Source: Octopus sinensis (lineage: Eukaryota). From it: a DNA stretch of 64,000 bases. Shown here piece by piece: positions 39,230 through 52,485 of this stretch; position 1 is the first letter of the stretch, and each line of letters starts with the position of its first letter. The stretch lies in assembly GCF_006345805.1 (NCBI RefSeq), contig NC_043001.1:117428001-117492000 (forward strand). The letters run 5' to 3'. Both the position numbers and the translations under genes were made by a program. The notes below the pieces were generated by a model. The model saw nothing but the letters and a program-made list of their open reading frames with translations, searched no databases and was not told the origin of the DNA.

Positions 39230-39560
39230 GGTCTGTTGTTCTTGCATGTTGTTGAAGTCTGGACAAGGACAGTTCACCAGTATTACGTGTGGTTATGCCC
39301 TTCACATCATTGTAGAATCTAATATTTGTTTCCACAAGATTATTTTTTCCTGAGGATCTCATTATATAATATTCTAACCACGTCAGCATGTCTCTTAGTA
39401 GGTAATATCGTGATGGCATTTTCGAATAGCTGATAGTCAAATGTGAATTCTACAGAGCCTACATCTCCTGTTAGACTTGTTAACCAATCGCTTAACCAAC
39501 GAATCAAACAGTTTTCCTGTGTCTTTGCTGGCATGAATTATCTTATCCTCACTACATGCG
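39230..39560 (-). mobile_element. R4-like LINE fragment (CCHC zinc-finger region)
   Basis: Minus frames NRRCRLCR, SKMPSRYYL and RHADVVRILYNEIL, resembling CTKMSSRYYRPMQHDVVAKT in copy 2. Confidence 0.6.
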
Positions 39561-39614
39561 ATTTGTGTGGAATGTTCTCATGCCCCAGAGTTCTGATAGT
39601 TCACTCCGACACTT

Positions 39615-39730
39615 GCGGTTCTTTGGCGATGGCACTCATTGAATCGCAGCATTCTTGTAGTATCCGAAAGCCTTGAGGTTCTTTGGCGATGGCACTCATT
39701 GAATCGCAGCATTCTTGTAGTATCCGAAAA
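39615..39730 (+). repeat. 60-bp tandem duplication
   Basis: ggttctttggcgatggcactcattgaatcgcagcattcttgtagtatccgaaa occurs twice. Confidence 0.9.
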
Positions 39731-39819
39731 CCTTATTTGAAACATTGCAGCCTGAGGCTTCCAATTCCAGATTTGCATCATTTAGAAAGTTGACAATTTC
39801 TAAGTCACTGTGTTTCGTA

Positions 39820-39979
39820 CATATAGCAATAATGACATATAGCAATAATGACATATAGCAATAATGACATATAGCAATAATGACATATAGCAATAATGAC
39901 ATATAGCAATAATGACATATAGCAATAATGACATATAGCAATAATGACATATAGCAATAATGACATATAGCAATAATGA
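39820..39979 (+). repeat. Perfect 16-bp minisatellite x10 (catatagcaataatga)
   Basis: Direct count. Confidence 0.92.
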
Positions 39980-40150
39980 CTGCATATCTTCCCACTTCTT
40001 GTTTTTGCATTTTATCTGCTTCGGAGAATCTCAAAGAAATGAAAACCTTTCAATTGGATTGAAAAGAGTAATATACTCATAATTAAGTGTCCTAAAATAC
40101 CTCTAGAACCCTGTATATGTACGTATATGCATGTATACATCCATGTTTGC

Positions 40151-40245
<95 letters not shown>

Positions 40246-40249
40246 ATAT

Positions 40250-40299
<50 letters not shown>

Positions 40300-40546
40300 G
40301 AAAAAACACAGAAGATTTGTTTTACAGGATTTAAGAGTCTATTAGAACCATGATAATAAAGATATTGTACAATTTTGTACAAAATAAGGTTTTGTTCTTT
40401 CAACATAATTGAAGTAAGGGCCGATTTCACATTGCTCATCAAACTGAGAGTTAAAAGAGATAAATTGCTAGGGGTAAAAAATATTGATAGGAGAGATAAT
40501 TGTTCACTCATTTATTTTGCACTAAAGAGAGGTAAATCTATAATTT

Positions 40547-40589
<43 letters not shown>

Positions 40590-41844
40590 TTGTGTTCCCT
40601 GCTTTATTCTGCCTTACATTCTGCACGCACATTTATCCTCATACATTAAAATCCAACTTAAGAATTTTAATGTCTCATATTCACTTGATGTTTACGATTA
40701 ATTAATTTCTTCTTATAAATTCATTTATTCGACAGATAACTAAATAAAACCCCTACAGAAGAGGAACATCAACCACGTCGAATGCGTTAATCTTGGTAAG
40801 TCTGTGAAGGCCGTTTCCCACCAGATGAAATCATAACGGAAAAAAATGAGTTTGTTATAATAATACTGGATATGAGTTTCCCTGAATTTCTGGATTTATC
40901 TTTTTCATATATTTGTCAAGGTTTATATACCTACGGACTAAGTCATTTGGTATCGACTAATTGAATTGGTGTTGTATTCTGCGCTGTGCTTATGGCCGAA
41001 ATATTTAACTCTTTGCAGCTCAGTATATGTATATATTTATTCCTATTTATCGGAATGGAAAAAATCCGTGATTGTCCTTCTATTATAATTCATTTCCTTC
41101 TAAAATGCATTACAAGAATATTGACTCAACTTCAGTATTTCATTGATATTCTATTCTATCAACCACGAAAATGTAGACGGCCAAATTGTTCCTGACAGAA
41201 TTTGAACTCAAGAACCCTAAGGGACGTAACTAAATATTTTATCCGGGATTTATCTGAATTTTTTAAAGAAAGGAAAGTATGTTTTGAGGGAAGAAGCGAT
41301 TGATCTGCTGTATCATAACTTTCATGGGGGTGTTGAGCCAATTGCATTTATGCAGGTAAATAATGTCATCGTTGTCGGTGGCGGCAATCGTAATCCATCG
41401 GGGTCGAGAATGGCAGCTTTTATGGACCCGTATGTAACTATGTAGGCTAATGCGGGCTGCAGAATCGGTTATTTATTGAGGCGCTATGTTTGTTGCTTAG
41501 CACTGCATTTTACGCTCACATTTTACAATCAGATGCTTGTTTCGTGCCGAGGCGATGTTTTGGGCTTCATCATGGCTGATGCTTTCCACTTATGCCGTTC
41601 ATTCGCCAACGATCCCCATCCCCATTCGTATAATATTCATGCCACATGTTTTCGCATTTCAATTTTCTTTAAGTACAAATACGTTTTTGAGCCGCTTTCT
41701 TTGTCCGACTTACTTGGGTTTCCTTCATTCAGTTGCGACTAAGATAGTTGTTAGAAAAATCCATGGCTTAATATTCGCAACACACATTGATTCATTCACT
41801 CTCCCCACCCCTTTCTCTCTGTCTGCCCTCCTCTCTCCCCACAC

Positions 41845-42183
41845 TGCAACCTCCTTGACTGCAAGCCTCTTGATTATTATGTGTGGGACGCAGTTGAGCG
41901 AGAGACCAACAAAACTCCTTGTAACAATCCTTGAACTGAAGGCAAGGATTATGGCAGCATTTACCAACTTAAACAAGGAGACCGTCCAGAAGAGTTGTAG
42001 GAGATTCCGAAGTTGTCTGCAGGTCGTGGTTGAAGCTAATGGGGATTTTATTGAATAAATTTACTCTATATTTTTCAAGATATTTTAATGAAATTTTAGT
42101 AAATATAGCTGTTAAAAATGAGATGTCAGTGTTATTTTCATTTTTACGTAATTTTGACGGCAATTCATTCACTGCACCTTGTA
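41845..42183 (+). mobile_element. Tc1/mariner-superfamily 3' end with right TIR
   Basis: PLDYYVWDAVERETNK…LKARIMAAFTNLNKETVQKSCRRFRSCLQVVVEANGDFIE*; terminus …aattcattcactgcaccttgta. Confidence 0.75.
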
Positions 42184-42184
42184 T

Positions 42185-42228
<44 letters not shown>

Positions 42229-42284
42229 GTATTATACATATAATATAATATAATATAAAAAAATAATATATATATATGCACGCA

Positions 42285-42785
42285 TGCACACACACAGCAC
42301 CATGACAAATGCCAATCACGCACACACACACAACACCAAGACAATCACACACACGGTTGACAAACGGCACACATATACACACACCATGCTACCAAATTTA
42401 AAAAAAAACACATCTATTTACACCACAATGGACCCTGGGACCAATCAAAAACAGCCCCCCCCCACACACACACACAAACACATATATACATATATACACA
42501 CACACAAAGACACACACACTCACACCATTCTGATATCCATACAGACACACATATACACACACATGCACACACACAGCACCATGACAAATGCCAATCACGC
42601 AAATACACACACATACACACACATATACACACAACACCAAGACAATCACACACACGGTTGACAAACGGGCACACATACACACACACCGTCCTATCAAATT
42701 TTACAAACACAGACATATCTATTCACACCACATATGTATATACACACACACAAAGACACACACACACTCGCACCATTCTGACCTC
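42285..42785 (+). repeat. ~280-bp CA-rich tandem duplication
   Basis: cagcaccatgacaaatgccaatcacgc…ggttgacaaacgg at about 42296 and 42575. Confidence 0.8.
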
Positions 42786-43306
42786 TAAAGACCAATCCCC
42801 CAAATCATTGATGCGTGAAGGAGAGACAAAAGAAGAAATTGTTTTCAGTTCCACATTACTCTTCCTTCCCCCCACCCAAACACACCTACAGTGTCTCTTG
42901 AAATAGAAAATAGTATTTTACGATAACATGGTGGACAGGTCAGTTTGAGCTTCCCTACTACTATAATGTAAAATTTTTTGAACTCATAATATTCTGTGCG
43001 TGTATACCAATATTCTACTGAACTTTTTAATAATTCCTTCTGGAAATTATCTTTAACATTTTCTTGAGAATGTATATTTATGTTGTAATCTTTTGTGCCC
43101 AATATTTTAATGAACTTGTTAAACTTTTTTATGTCCTTAACATGTTCTTGTTACCAAAGAATGTATATATGTTTTGTGGCATTTTGTGACAACAAATAAT
43201 TAACACAACGAAAATTTTACATGTTACTTTTGACAATCTTTTTCTAAAGAGTGAAACGGTAAAGTAAATAAACATATTTTCAAATTGCATTTTCAAACCT
43301 TCTTTC

Positions 43307-43415
<109 letters not shown>

Positions 43416-43717
43416 TATATACACACATACATGTACATGCCTACATGTATATGTATATGTACATACATAATGCGAAAACTAATTTCTGTGTGTCAGTGTG
43501 TCACCCTTAGACCCCTTCTCTCACTATTCAATGACACTCCTACTATTTCTCATGATGGGGTGAGAGTAATAGTAGTCATAGAGACGGTGGGGATGGTGAC
43601 CAAGACAGTGAGACAGAGAGAGAAAGAGAGGAAGAGAAATAGAGACAAAGAAATTTAGAGAGATTTGATGATGTTTTGTTAAAAGTAGTGGTGTTGATGG
43701 CGGTAGTGGGAGTAATA

Positions 43718-43754
<37 letters not shown>

Positions 43755-45464
43755 GGAGAGAAAGAGTGGGTGAGAGAGAGAGGGAGATAATATACAATGA
43801 ATATTCGCAACATCAGTGTGTGTTTCATTCATTTTTTCCTATATCAGAGGCGACGAATTCTCTCCGATCTTCGCAGCGAGTAGACGCAATTGACAAGGTC
43901 CCCAAAGCTGAAATATATCTGGCCTTCTCTCTGGCCACTGCTGAGACGAATTTTCGACCCCCTCTGATATCTATTCTGCTTTTAATACATCACGTTCATA
44001 AGTGATGTTGTCTCTAGAACTAATGTTAGACTAAGTGGGCTATCGACAATGTGTATACATTAGACATGATATGTATATGGCTATTTTAGTTATGTACAAA
44101 CTGAAGGTAAAATCTTGAGCGGATAGAAAGGAAATAAACAAAATAATCATATATTGCTCTGCCGACAGATTGCTTTAAAAGCTGTTTCCGCAAACAAAAT
44201 TCTACTTACTCAAAAATGAGAAAAAGGATATCTCAGATTTATCCAGCTGTGCATGGTAGTTGACAGAACGGTATCTTGAAAATGTCGATATCAATCATCG
44301 AACATGGTATACTTACATAAATGTGGCAAAGCTGTCACCTAGCAACAGCAGAGAAATACTGCATTATAACAAACCAAATAACATCATAACATTTGTAAAC
44401 AATATCATCGTGACTACATGTAAGTCGACAACAACAGAGTAAACGTAGGCAAAGAGGGAATTTCAGACATCTGCTGCTCTGAAGAGGCAAGCTAGAGCAA
44501 GTGGTTTTAAGCAGGAAATGATGAGTAGAATATAGGATTAACGAGGGCAGTTCAGAGGAACTGCCTAGACAGTTCAGAGGAACAGAATCCATGATAGCAG
44601 AGGTAGAATAGATAGAGAGGCGGGGATGACATTACATTAGCATATTGTAGATCAGATGCTGGTGTGTGTATGTTAGTCAATATATGCCTGTCAGTTGGGT
44701 TGCCCTATTTTGGGTGCAATATGGAATGTACACGTAGTAGCATTTCTGTAGTACACCTGAAACCAGCACATCATAGTATATCCTAGCCAAGTTCTTAATG
44801 AGGCAACAACTGCCGTAAGTAGTTACTGCAAAATGGTGTACACAACGACAACCTTGTGGGATTGAGGAATATTTCTTTACGTTGCACATAATTCCGCCAT
44901 ATGAAGAGAAACCAATTCTTCCATTTGAAATGCTTTGTATGTTAGATAATACTCATTCTTCAAATATAATGCTACACCATCCGAACTTCAGCACCCCCCC
45001 CCATGGAACCTTAGGATGCCAGAATGCATTAGCTTCCTTTAGTTTTTTAACGGAAAAAATTTATATATATATATATATTATAATCTCTGGTGTGCATATA
45101 TATATATATAATAGTATATATAGATATATATATATAATATATAAATATAATATAATATATATATCTATATATGCACACACCCCACCGATTATATATATAT
45201 ATACATACCTACATTATATATGTATATATATATGTATGTATATTTATGTATGCATGTACGTAAGAACATATGTTATATACATATACGTACGCACACTCAC
45301 ACATGCATATACACATAAGTATGTATATATACATAAATGTATATTTATTCGCATGCAAGCATATATATATATATATGTATATGTATGTATGCCTGTATAT
45401 GTTTGCGCGCACTCACAAATTTTGCGTCTGTGGATGAGTATATAAATGTATATGACTAGCAGCA

Positions 45465-45570
45465 GCAGCAGGAGAAGAAGAAGAAGAAGAAGAAGAAGAA
45501 GAAGAAGAAGAAGAAGAAGAAGAAGAAGAAGAAGAAGAAGAAGAAGAAGAGCAATAACAGCAACAACAAT
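45465..45570 (+). repeat. (GAA)n microsatellite
   Basis: Direct inspection. Confidence 0.95.
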
Positions 45571-46200
45571 AAGGACAATGGTGTAGAAAAGATGTCAAAG
45601 AAAAATATGGAGGTAAAGGATGATAAAGATGGGGAAGTAAGAGATGGGAGGGGTGGGGTGGACTGAGTGAATGGAAAGAGAAAAAATGCAAAAAGCTGGT
45701 CAGATGAGCCTGGAATGCTTTTTGCGAATCGGCTTAACATTACACTATGTTGTGGCCAAATGCATTCAGCTTTTTATCTGCATTGCGGTACTTTAAATCA
45801 CTGATAATACGTAGATCCTGCCCATACACCGCTTGGTATAGACTAGCGGTTGATGGGAACCTGTGGGTTGTGTTTTAATTACCTAAATCCTAAAGAAAGA
45901 AAACAATATGCAATATAATTCTGGAAATAGATATCTCTCGTTATCCTTTCCATAATATCGGGAAATGCAAAATAACACAAAGAGAGACAGAGCAGGAATG
46001 GAATCGAATGAACTTATTGACCGAGTTAGTTTCCACATTGACTTAAGTTTCTTACGTAGGACCTAAAAGATCATGCATAAAATTATTGAACCAACAAGGG
46101 AGCCTCTACACAGTCTCTCCACCTGCCGGAAATAGCCTCCAAATTTCAACATACCACACTCTATTATCTTTGGGAAAGACATGGTGAATAACGTAGTTTC

Positions 46201-46531
46201 ACATACATACATACACACACACATACATACATACATACATACATACATACATACATACACACATATATACATACATACATACATACATACATACATACAT
46301 ACATACATACACACACATACATACATACATACATACATACATACATACATACATACATACATACATACATACATGCATACATACATGCAATACATACATA
46401 CATACATACATAAATACATACATACATACATACATACGCACATACATACATACATACATACATAAATACATACATAATAAATACATACTACATACATACA
46501 TACATACATACTTACATACATACATACATAC

Positions 46532-46562
<31 letters not shown>

Positions 46563-46611
46563 CATACATACATACATACATACATACATACATACATACA
46601 TACATACATAC
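46201..46611 (+). repeat. (CATA)n microsatellite
   Basis: Direct inspection. Confidence 0.95.
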
Positions 46612-46704
46612 ATCATGGCACCGTCAACATCGGACGTGCAGATGTAGAGGAGCTTTTAAAAAGTTCGTCTTGAATGCCTTCCTCTAGAAATATTTCCATC
46701 GATA

Positions 46705-48433
46705 ACTGGTTTATTTCTCCTACTGCAGAAAAAAAAAATAGTTATATGCTAGGATCTTCAACTGCTCGAAAAAGCAATGTAACTGATAATTTCATTGTAG
46801 ACGACCTGAAGATTTAAGCAAAAAGTGTTAACAATGTCCCAAAACAACCGGAATTATTTACATTATCTGATATAGACATGGAATTTGGCCAAAAGGAATG
46901 TTCATATTTGGTTATAGAACGAGGAAAGTCCGCCTCTCAAACCCAAAACCTGTGCATCAATGGTCTCTCTCTGTCTTCCCCATTCCATACAAAGAATGTT
47001 ACAAGTACCTAGGCATAGACGAAAATGTATAATATGAAGGCACTGTGACTAAAAATAGAGTAACCCGAGAATATTACACCAGACTTAGGAAAATATGACA
47101 TTCGGAGCTCTTCTCTTACAACAAAACAATACCCCACAATGAATTTGCAGTACCAGTGCTGATCCCAACATTTAGGATACTTGATTGGTCTGTAAGGAAA
47201 TCCACTCCATAGATGTCAAAACCTGCAAAATCCTGACAGCTGGGAACTTCCACAGAAACAGTGATGTTGACAGGCTCTACCTAAGAAGAAATGAAGGTGG
47301 TAGAGGCCCGGGATCAGTGCGGACGGCCTTCAAATGCCATATGATATCACTCAGGCAGCACCTGCTAAACAACAGCAGCAAAAATAAATATATTAATGCA
47401 GTGCTGAAAGGAGAAATGAGCAACATTTTATGAGTTGGCAGTGAGCTCCTCTAGACGCACTCTCTTCCTGATGATCTCCTATACAGCCCTAAAACAGCTG
47501 GGGTATCTTGCCTCAGAGAAGACCTGGATGAAAGCACTCAGCATACAGAAAAAAAGGTTATGCATGGGTATGTTGCCCGAAAGCTTGAAGAAGTTAGTAG
47601 AACTGACACGAAGTGCAGCCTCTCTTAGACACAAGACCACTACATCATATCATACTTTGAAGGCTATGCCTTTGCAATCCAGGAACAAGAAATTGCCACA
47701 AAGTACCTGGTGAACAAGAGAGACAGTAACGCTCTTGCAATCCTAAAGTGCAACCGCATGTGTTGGCTATGTCATGTTTCTGTGGAAGACATCATGCATA
47801 TGATTAGCAGCTGTACTAAAATGTCGTCACGGTACTACCGCCCTATGCAGCACGATGTTGTTGCTAAAACAATTTGCAATGCCATCTGCAAAAAAAGACT
47901 GTCCTGAAATAAACTTAGAAAATCCCTATGTTATGGAATACCTTCATAAAGACCAATTCAAGGAATACTGGTGGAATATTGCCATCAAAACGTCTGTCAA
48001 ATATTAACATAACAGACCGGATATTGCTGTTTGGAACAGAGGGGCACGGGTATGTATCATCATAGAGGTCGGCTGCCCTGCAGGTATAAATAACTCTTTG
48101 GAAATCCAAGAAAATGAGGATATCTAGGGACAACTGCTTCGAAACCTCCAGCTTCTAAATCTAGACTATGAATTCATATTCATACCAATAATAATTTGAA
48201 CACCAGGTTTTGTTAATAAATACTTAAAGATGAATCTAGATAACTGAGATTTTCAGAAAGAGAAATCGACTGGCTAATCCGTACATTACAAATGCAATCT
48301 ATGAGTGGAACAGTAAAAGTATGCAAGACTTTTCTCAAGTTCCAAATGTGAATTTGTCTGTGCTAGCAAACATCCCAAAGATGGAGACTTGTATCTTTGT
48401 TGGAAACCGGCTCCCTCTTCTATGGAACATTTA
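46705..48433 (+). mobile_element. R4/Dong-clade (RLE) LINE, 5'-truncated decayed copy 2
   Basis: FIVDDLKI (RT motif), RLYLRRNEGGRG, CWLCHVSVEDIMHMISSC (CCHC), NRPDIAVW…FIPII. Clearly homologous to copy 1 (6300-7520). Confidence 0.88.
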
Positions 48434-48434
48434 G

Positions 48435-48686
48435 CCCTAGAGTAACCATCAACGCTTCCTGTCGGTTTTGACACATTTCACTGTAAATAGATATATTTGC
48501 GAAGGCTTGGTAAGTATCACCGCTAGCGAGGACATACTACCCTGGACTGACGAGGGGCAGGACCCAGAAACATGCATGTCTCCAGGTTGCTAGTTCTAGC
48601 TGGTGGGGGTGCTTTCCTCCCCTTTGCAAATATAAGGTCACAGCAAATGTGTCAAAGCCGACAGGAAGCGTCGATGCTTCTTAGGG
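48435..48686 (+). repeat. ~250-nt rod-like hairpin element enclosing a hammerhead
   Basis: Nested complementary blocks: 48447-48478/48645-48676 (30/32), atatttgcgaagg/cctttgcaaatat, caccgctag/ctagctggtg, cctgga/tccagg. Confidence 0.8.
48541..48586 (+). ncRNA. Type-I hammerhead ribozyme
   Basis: CCTGGA (stem I)-CTGACGA-G GGG cagga CCC A-GAAA-CATGCATG-TC-TCCAGG. Palindromic stem III ACATGCATGT, GUC site at 48578-48580. Only defect is G10.1/A11.1 in place of G-C. Confidence 0.75.
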
Positions 48687-48864
48687 TTATATAGCGGTGG
48701 TGTAATTCCCTCTACGGAACTGTCACGTTAGGTTGACTTTATACAACCATTCTATATTTATATATATTTGTATATATACGTATTTATATATATATACGTA
48801 TGTCCATAAGTATATATATATATATATAATGTGTTGTGTGTGTGTGTGTATACATATGCATATA

Positions 48865-48919
<55 letters not shown>

Positions 48920-49229
48920 ATATAAATTCAAACCCAAACTAAATAAACAATAATACTACTACTTAGATGTACTGTTTCTACTGCAACGACCACTACCACT
49001 AACAACAACAACAGTACTAATGATGTTCATTATGATGATAGCAGGAAAACACTAGCTAAGTCAATATCAAAGTCAGTAAAAATTATCTTATTTTGGGGTT
49101 TAAAGTTCTATCACAGCTACTCCTACCACCACCACCACCACCACCACCACCGCAAACAACAACAACAACAATAAAGGAGATTATAATGATGATGATGATG
49201 ATAACTGAAATGTAAAAATCGCTGGGAAA

Positions 49230-49600
49230 GGTTTACATTTCTAAAAATAGTCCAACGGTTACTGCTTGGCCAGGGTCAAAATACAGGTCTATTGACATGT
49301 TCAACAAATCGTAACGCCTAAATCCAAGTAATTTATTTAGATCACACACTGATTGGTTAGAATACAGATTGCAAAAATTAACATTCTGGAGCCTATACAA
49401 ATGTATTTAAGCCACCTCGCTACAGTTGTAAATTACAAAACATAACTGTTATCACGACTACATGGACCTGAAGATTATATAGTTTAATGCATGAAAGTAC
49501 TAGTTTAATCAGAATGGACATTTAATATTCTATAATTTCTTTATATTATATTATATTATATTATTGTAAATAAAACGTGAAAATCAAAGTTGGAATTTCT
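49230..49600 (+). mobile_element. Penelope-like element 3' end with hammerhead-bearing repeat
   Basis: With small indels the sequence reads LNILESLYINVFKPP..SCK (GIY-YIG C-terminal-like). Degenerate HHR ctgaaga…gaaagtacta at 49463-49507. Same ~170-bp unit as in the 51.3-kb palindrome. Confidence 0.55.
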
Positions 49601-49680
49601 TTGAGTAATATATTCTATACACAATCATAGACACCCATTTGTGGTGTGTATGTTATATATATATATATATTATATATCTA

Positions 49681-49712
<32 letters not shown>

Positions 49713-49736
49713 GCATATATATATATGCATATATAT

Positions 49737-49805
<69 letters not shown>

Positions 49806-49921
49806 ATATATATATGCATATTACATACGTATATGTACATACTTACATATATACGTATATACATATGCATATGTGGGTACAGGACATCACAGAACGGAAA
49901 CAACATAAAATACGAAAACAT

Positions 49922-50196
49922 GGGCATTCTTTTGATATAACTCGACAAAATCAAAACACTTCACTTCGGGTACTTCCGCGGAAGCAAATGACAGTTCGAT
50001 TCTGTTTTCTGGTTGGAAATTTGCGGATTTTACCTACACACCTGAAACAGGTAAGAACAAATATGCAAGGTATTTTTTTCTTCAAGTTTAAAATGGGACA
50101 TTGTTGGCATAATTTCGTTATATCTATATTCCACAACTCACGGAAATACCCGAAGTGAAATGTTTCGACCTTGTCGAGCTATATCTAAGGAATGCC
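49922..50196. mobile_element. ~275-bp element with ~65-bp imperfect TIRs inserted into another repeat
   Basis: ggcattcttttgatataactcgac…ttcgggtacttccg versus cggaaatacccgaa…gtcgagctatatctaaggaatgcc. Flanks rejoin as the repeat seen inverted at 50830-50945. Confidence 0.65.
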
Positions 50197-51069
50197 AAAA
50201 TATGAATTACGAAAAACGAATACATGGAATGCGAACTATTTTGCGACGACACGCATCCATTTCCAAGTAAGTTTTATCTTAATAATTCTGATGCGACGCT
50301 TCCATCCTATTCTATTCTATTCTATTACTCTTTCGTTTTCTCTCTTCCTTTCTCTAATTCTTTTTATCTCCCCTTCTCTCCCTCTCGTTTTTTTTTCTCG
50401 CTTATCCTTCCTATCATTCCTTTCCTCTCTCCTTCGCCGTTCTCTGTCTGTCACTCTCTTTCCCTCACTCTTCCTCCTTTGCTCTCTCATTGCTCCCATG
50501 TGACCATCGGCCATCTTTTTTTTCCAAACCTTTGTTTCTTTCTTTCCTTCTGATTCATTTGGAGGGATCAGTCTGTCTCCTGTCCAAGCTTACTCCTCCG
50601 AGTTCGCGACCTCACCTCGTTTAGGCTTAGCAGCACTTCGTGTTCCTTTTTACTGTCCTGTTTTTGTTACCAATTTTGCCCCTCCGCAAAATCCCAAATT
50701 TTATTTAATTTGCTTTGCGGGAGCAACTGTTTTATCGAAGGCGTATCTTGTCGTCAATTGCTCGAAATACGGATTAGAAAAACAGCCGACAACTGATGAA
50801 GGGTCGTTCTTTGTGTTGCTTGTCTTGTTTTCCATTTGTTTCTTTCGTTGTTCGCAAATAAAAAGTTTATATTCCACGTATTTGTATTTCTTATTTCGTA
50901 ATTCATGTTTTCGTATTTTATGTTGTTTACGTTCTGTGATATGCATATGTACATACGTATATATCTACGTATGTACATGTACGTATGTATGCATATATAT
51001 ATTATTATATGATTGAACGCCACGAATCCATTTCCTATATATATAATATAGATATATATACTATATATA

Positions 51070-51115
<46 letters not shown>

Positions 51116-51180
51116 TATATATATATTATATATATATATATTATATATATATACGTATGTACGTGTTTTTATATAGTGCG

Positions 51181-51213
<33 letters not shown>

Positions 51214-51447
51214 ACGTATGTACGTGTTTATATGATTGTATATATATATATATATAATTATATATATTATATAATATATATATTATATATATATACGTAT
51301 GTGTGTTTATATGAGTACGTATATATATATATATAATAAAAGGAATTCCAACCTTGTCTGATTTTCACGTTTTATTTACAATCTTATAATGATATAATAT
51401 AAGATAATATAAAATAAAATAATAGAATGTTAAATGTTCATTCTGAT

Positions 51448-51492
51448 TGAACTAGTACTTTCATGCATTAAATTCTGCAATCTTCAGGTTCA
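51448..51492 (-). ncRNA. Minimal type-I hammerhead (mirror copy)
   Basis: Exact reverse complement of 51586-51630. Confidence 0.55.
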
Positions 51493-51585
51493 TGTAGTAG
51501 TGGTGACAGTCATGCTTTCACAATTTTTTACTTCACAATTTTTGACTGTCAAAAATTGTGAAGCATGACTGTCACCACTACTACA

Positions 51586-51630
51586 TGAACCTGAAGATTG
51601 CAGAATTTAATGCATGAAAGTACTAGTTCA
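51586..51630 (+). ncRNA. Minimal type-I hammerhead ribozyme
   Basis: TGAAC-CTGAAGA-tTGCA gaatttaa TGCAt-GAAA-GTAC-TA-GTTCA. Stem I 5 bp, palindromic stem III AGTACT, CUA site; U-U at 10.1/11.1 is atypical. Confidence 0.55.
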
Positions 51631-52283
51631 ATCAGAATGAACATTTAACATTCTATTATTTTATTTTATATTATCTTATATTATATCATTATAAGATTGT
51701 AAATAAAACGTGAAAATCAGACAAGGTTGGAATTCCTTTTTTAATATTATATATATATACGTACTCATATAAACACGTACATACGTATATATATATTATA
51801 TATATATTATATATATATATATATCTATATATATATATATATAATATATATAATAAATAATATATTAATAATAAAACTATGCATATATATATACATATAC
51901 GTACGTACCAACCTCTACATGTATATATACATGCATATATGAGTACAGGACAAATAACACAAGGAAAAAATCCCTTCTTCAGTCGCCATGGTTTCACCTA
52001 CTCTACGTTTCGAAGGTGAAGGCGAGACGTATCTTCAAAAGAAACTTTCCTTCCACCGAAAAGCAAATCAAATAAAATTTGAGATCTTTTTGCAGAGGGG
52101 TAAAAATGGTAACAAAACCAGGACAGTAACGACAGTACAAAATATAAGCAGTAAAAGACAGGACGTATATATATATAGTTAATCCAAACAAGAAAACACA
52201 AAAAAAGCAAAAAAAACACTACAACGCGAGGACGTGGAACAAATAAAGTATTATTGGACGCCCAGGAAAGGAGGGAAGGAGGA

Positions 52284-52454
52284 ACAAACACACAGATATA
52301 CTTGTATGTCTGCGTGTATATGTATGTATGTATGTATGTATGTATTTATGTATGTATGTGCGTATGTATGAATGTATGTATGAATGTATGTATGTATGTA
52401 TGTATGTATGTATGTATGTATGTATGTATGTATGTATGTATGTATGTGTGTATG

Positions 52455-52485
<31 letters not shown>

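Larger units (their letters stand above)
51290..51795. repeat. Near-perfect ~500-bp palindrome of the hammerhead-bearing unit
   Basis: Unique arms 51338-51528 / 51551-51740 are essentially exact reverse complements; hairpin centre gac-t-gtc at 51547. Confidence 0.92.

Noticed and set aside
41269-41355. Possible 87-bp exon (AG…GT, KGKYVLREEAIDLLYHNFHGGVEPIAFMQ)
   Set aside because: Splice-like ends and an open frame, but no recognisable homology or partner exons; it adjoins a decayed SINE.
42845-43102. 85-aa AT-rich ORF as a viral/Polinton fragment
   Set aside because: No motif recognised; compatible with chance in AT-rich DNA.
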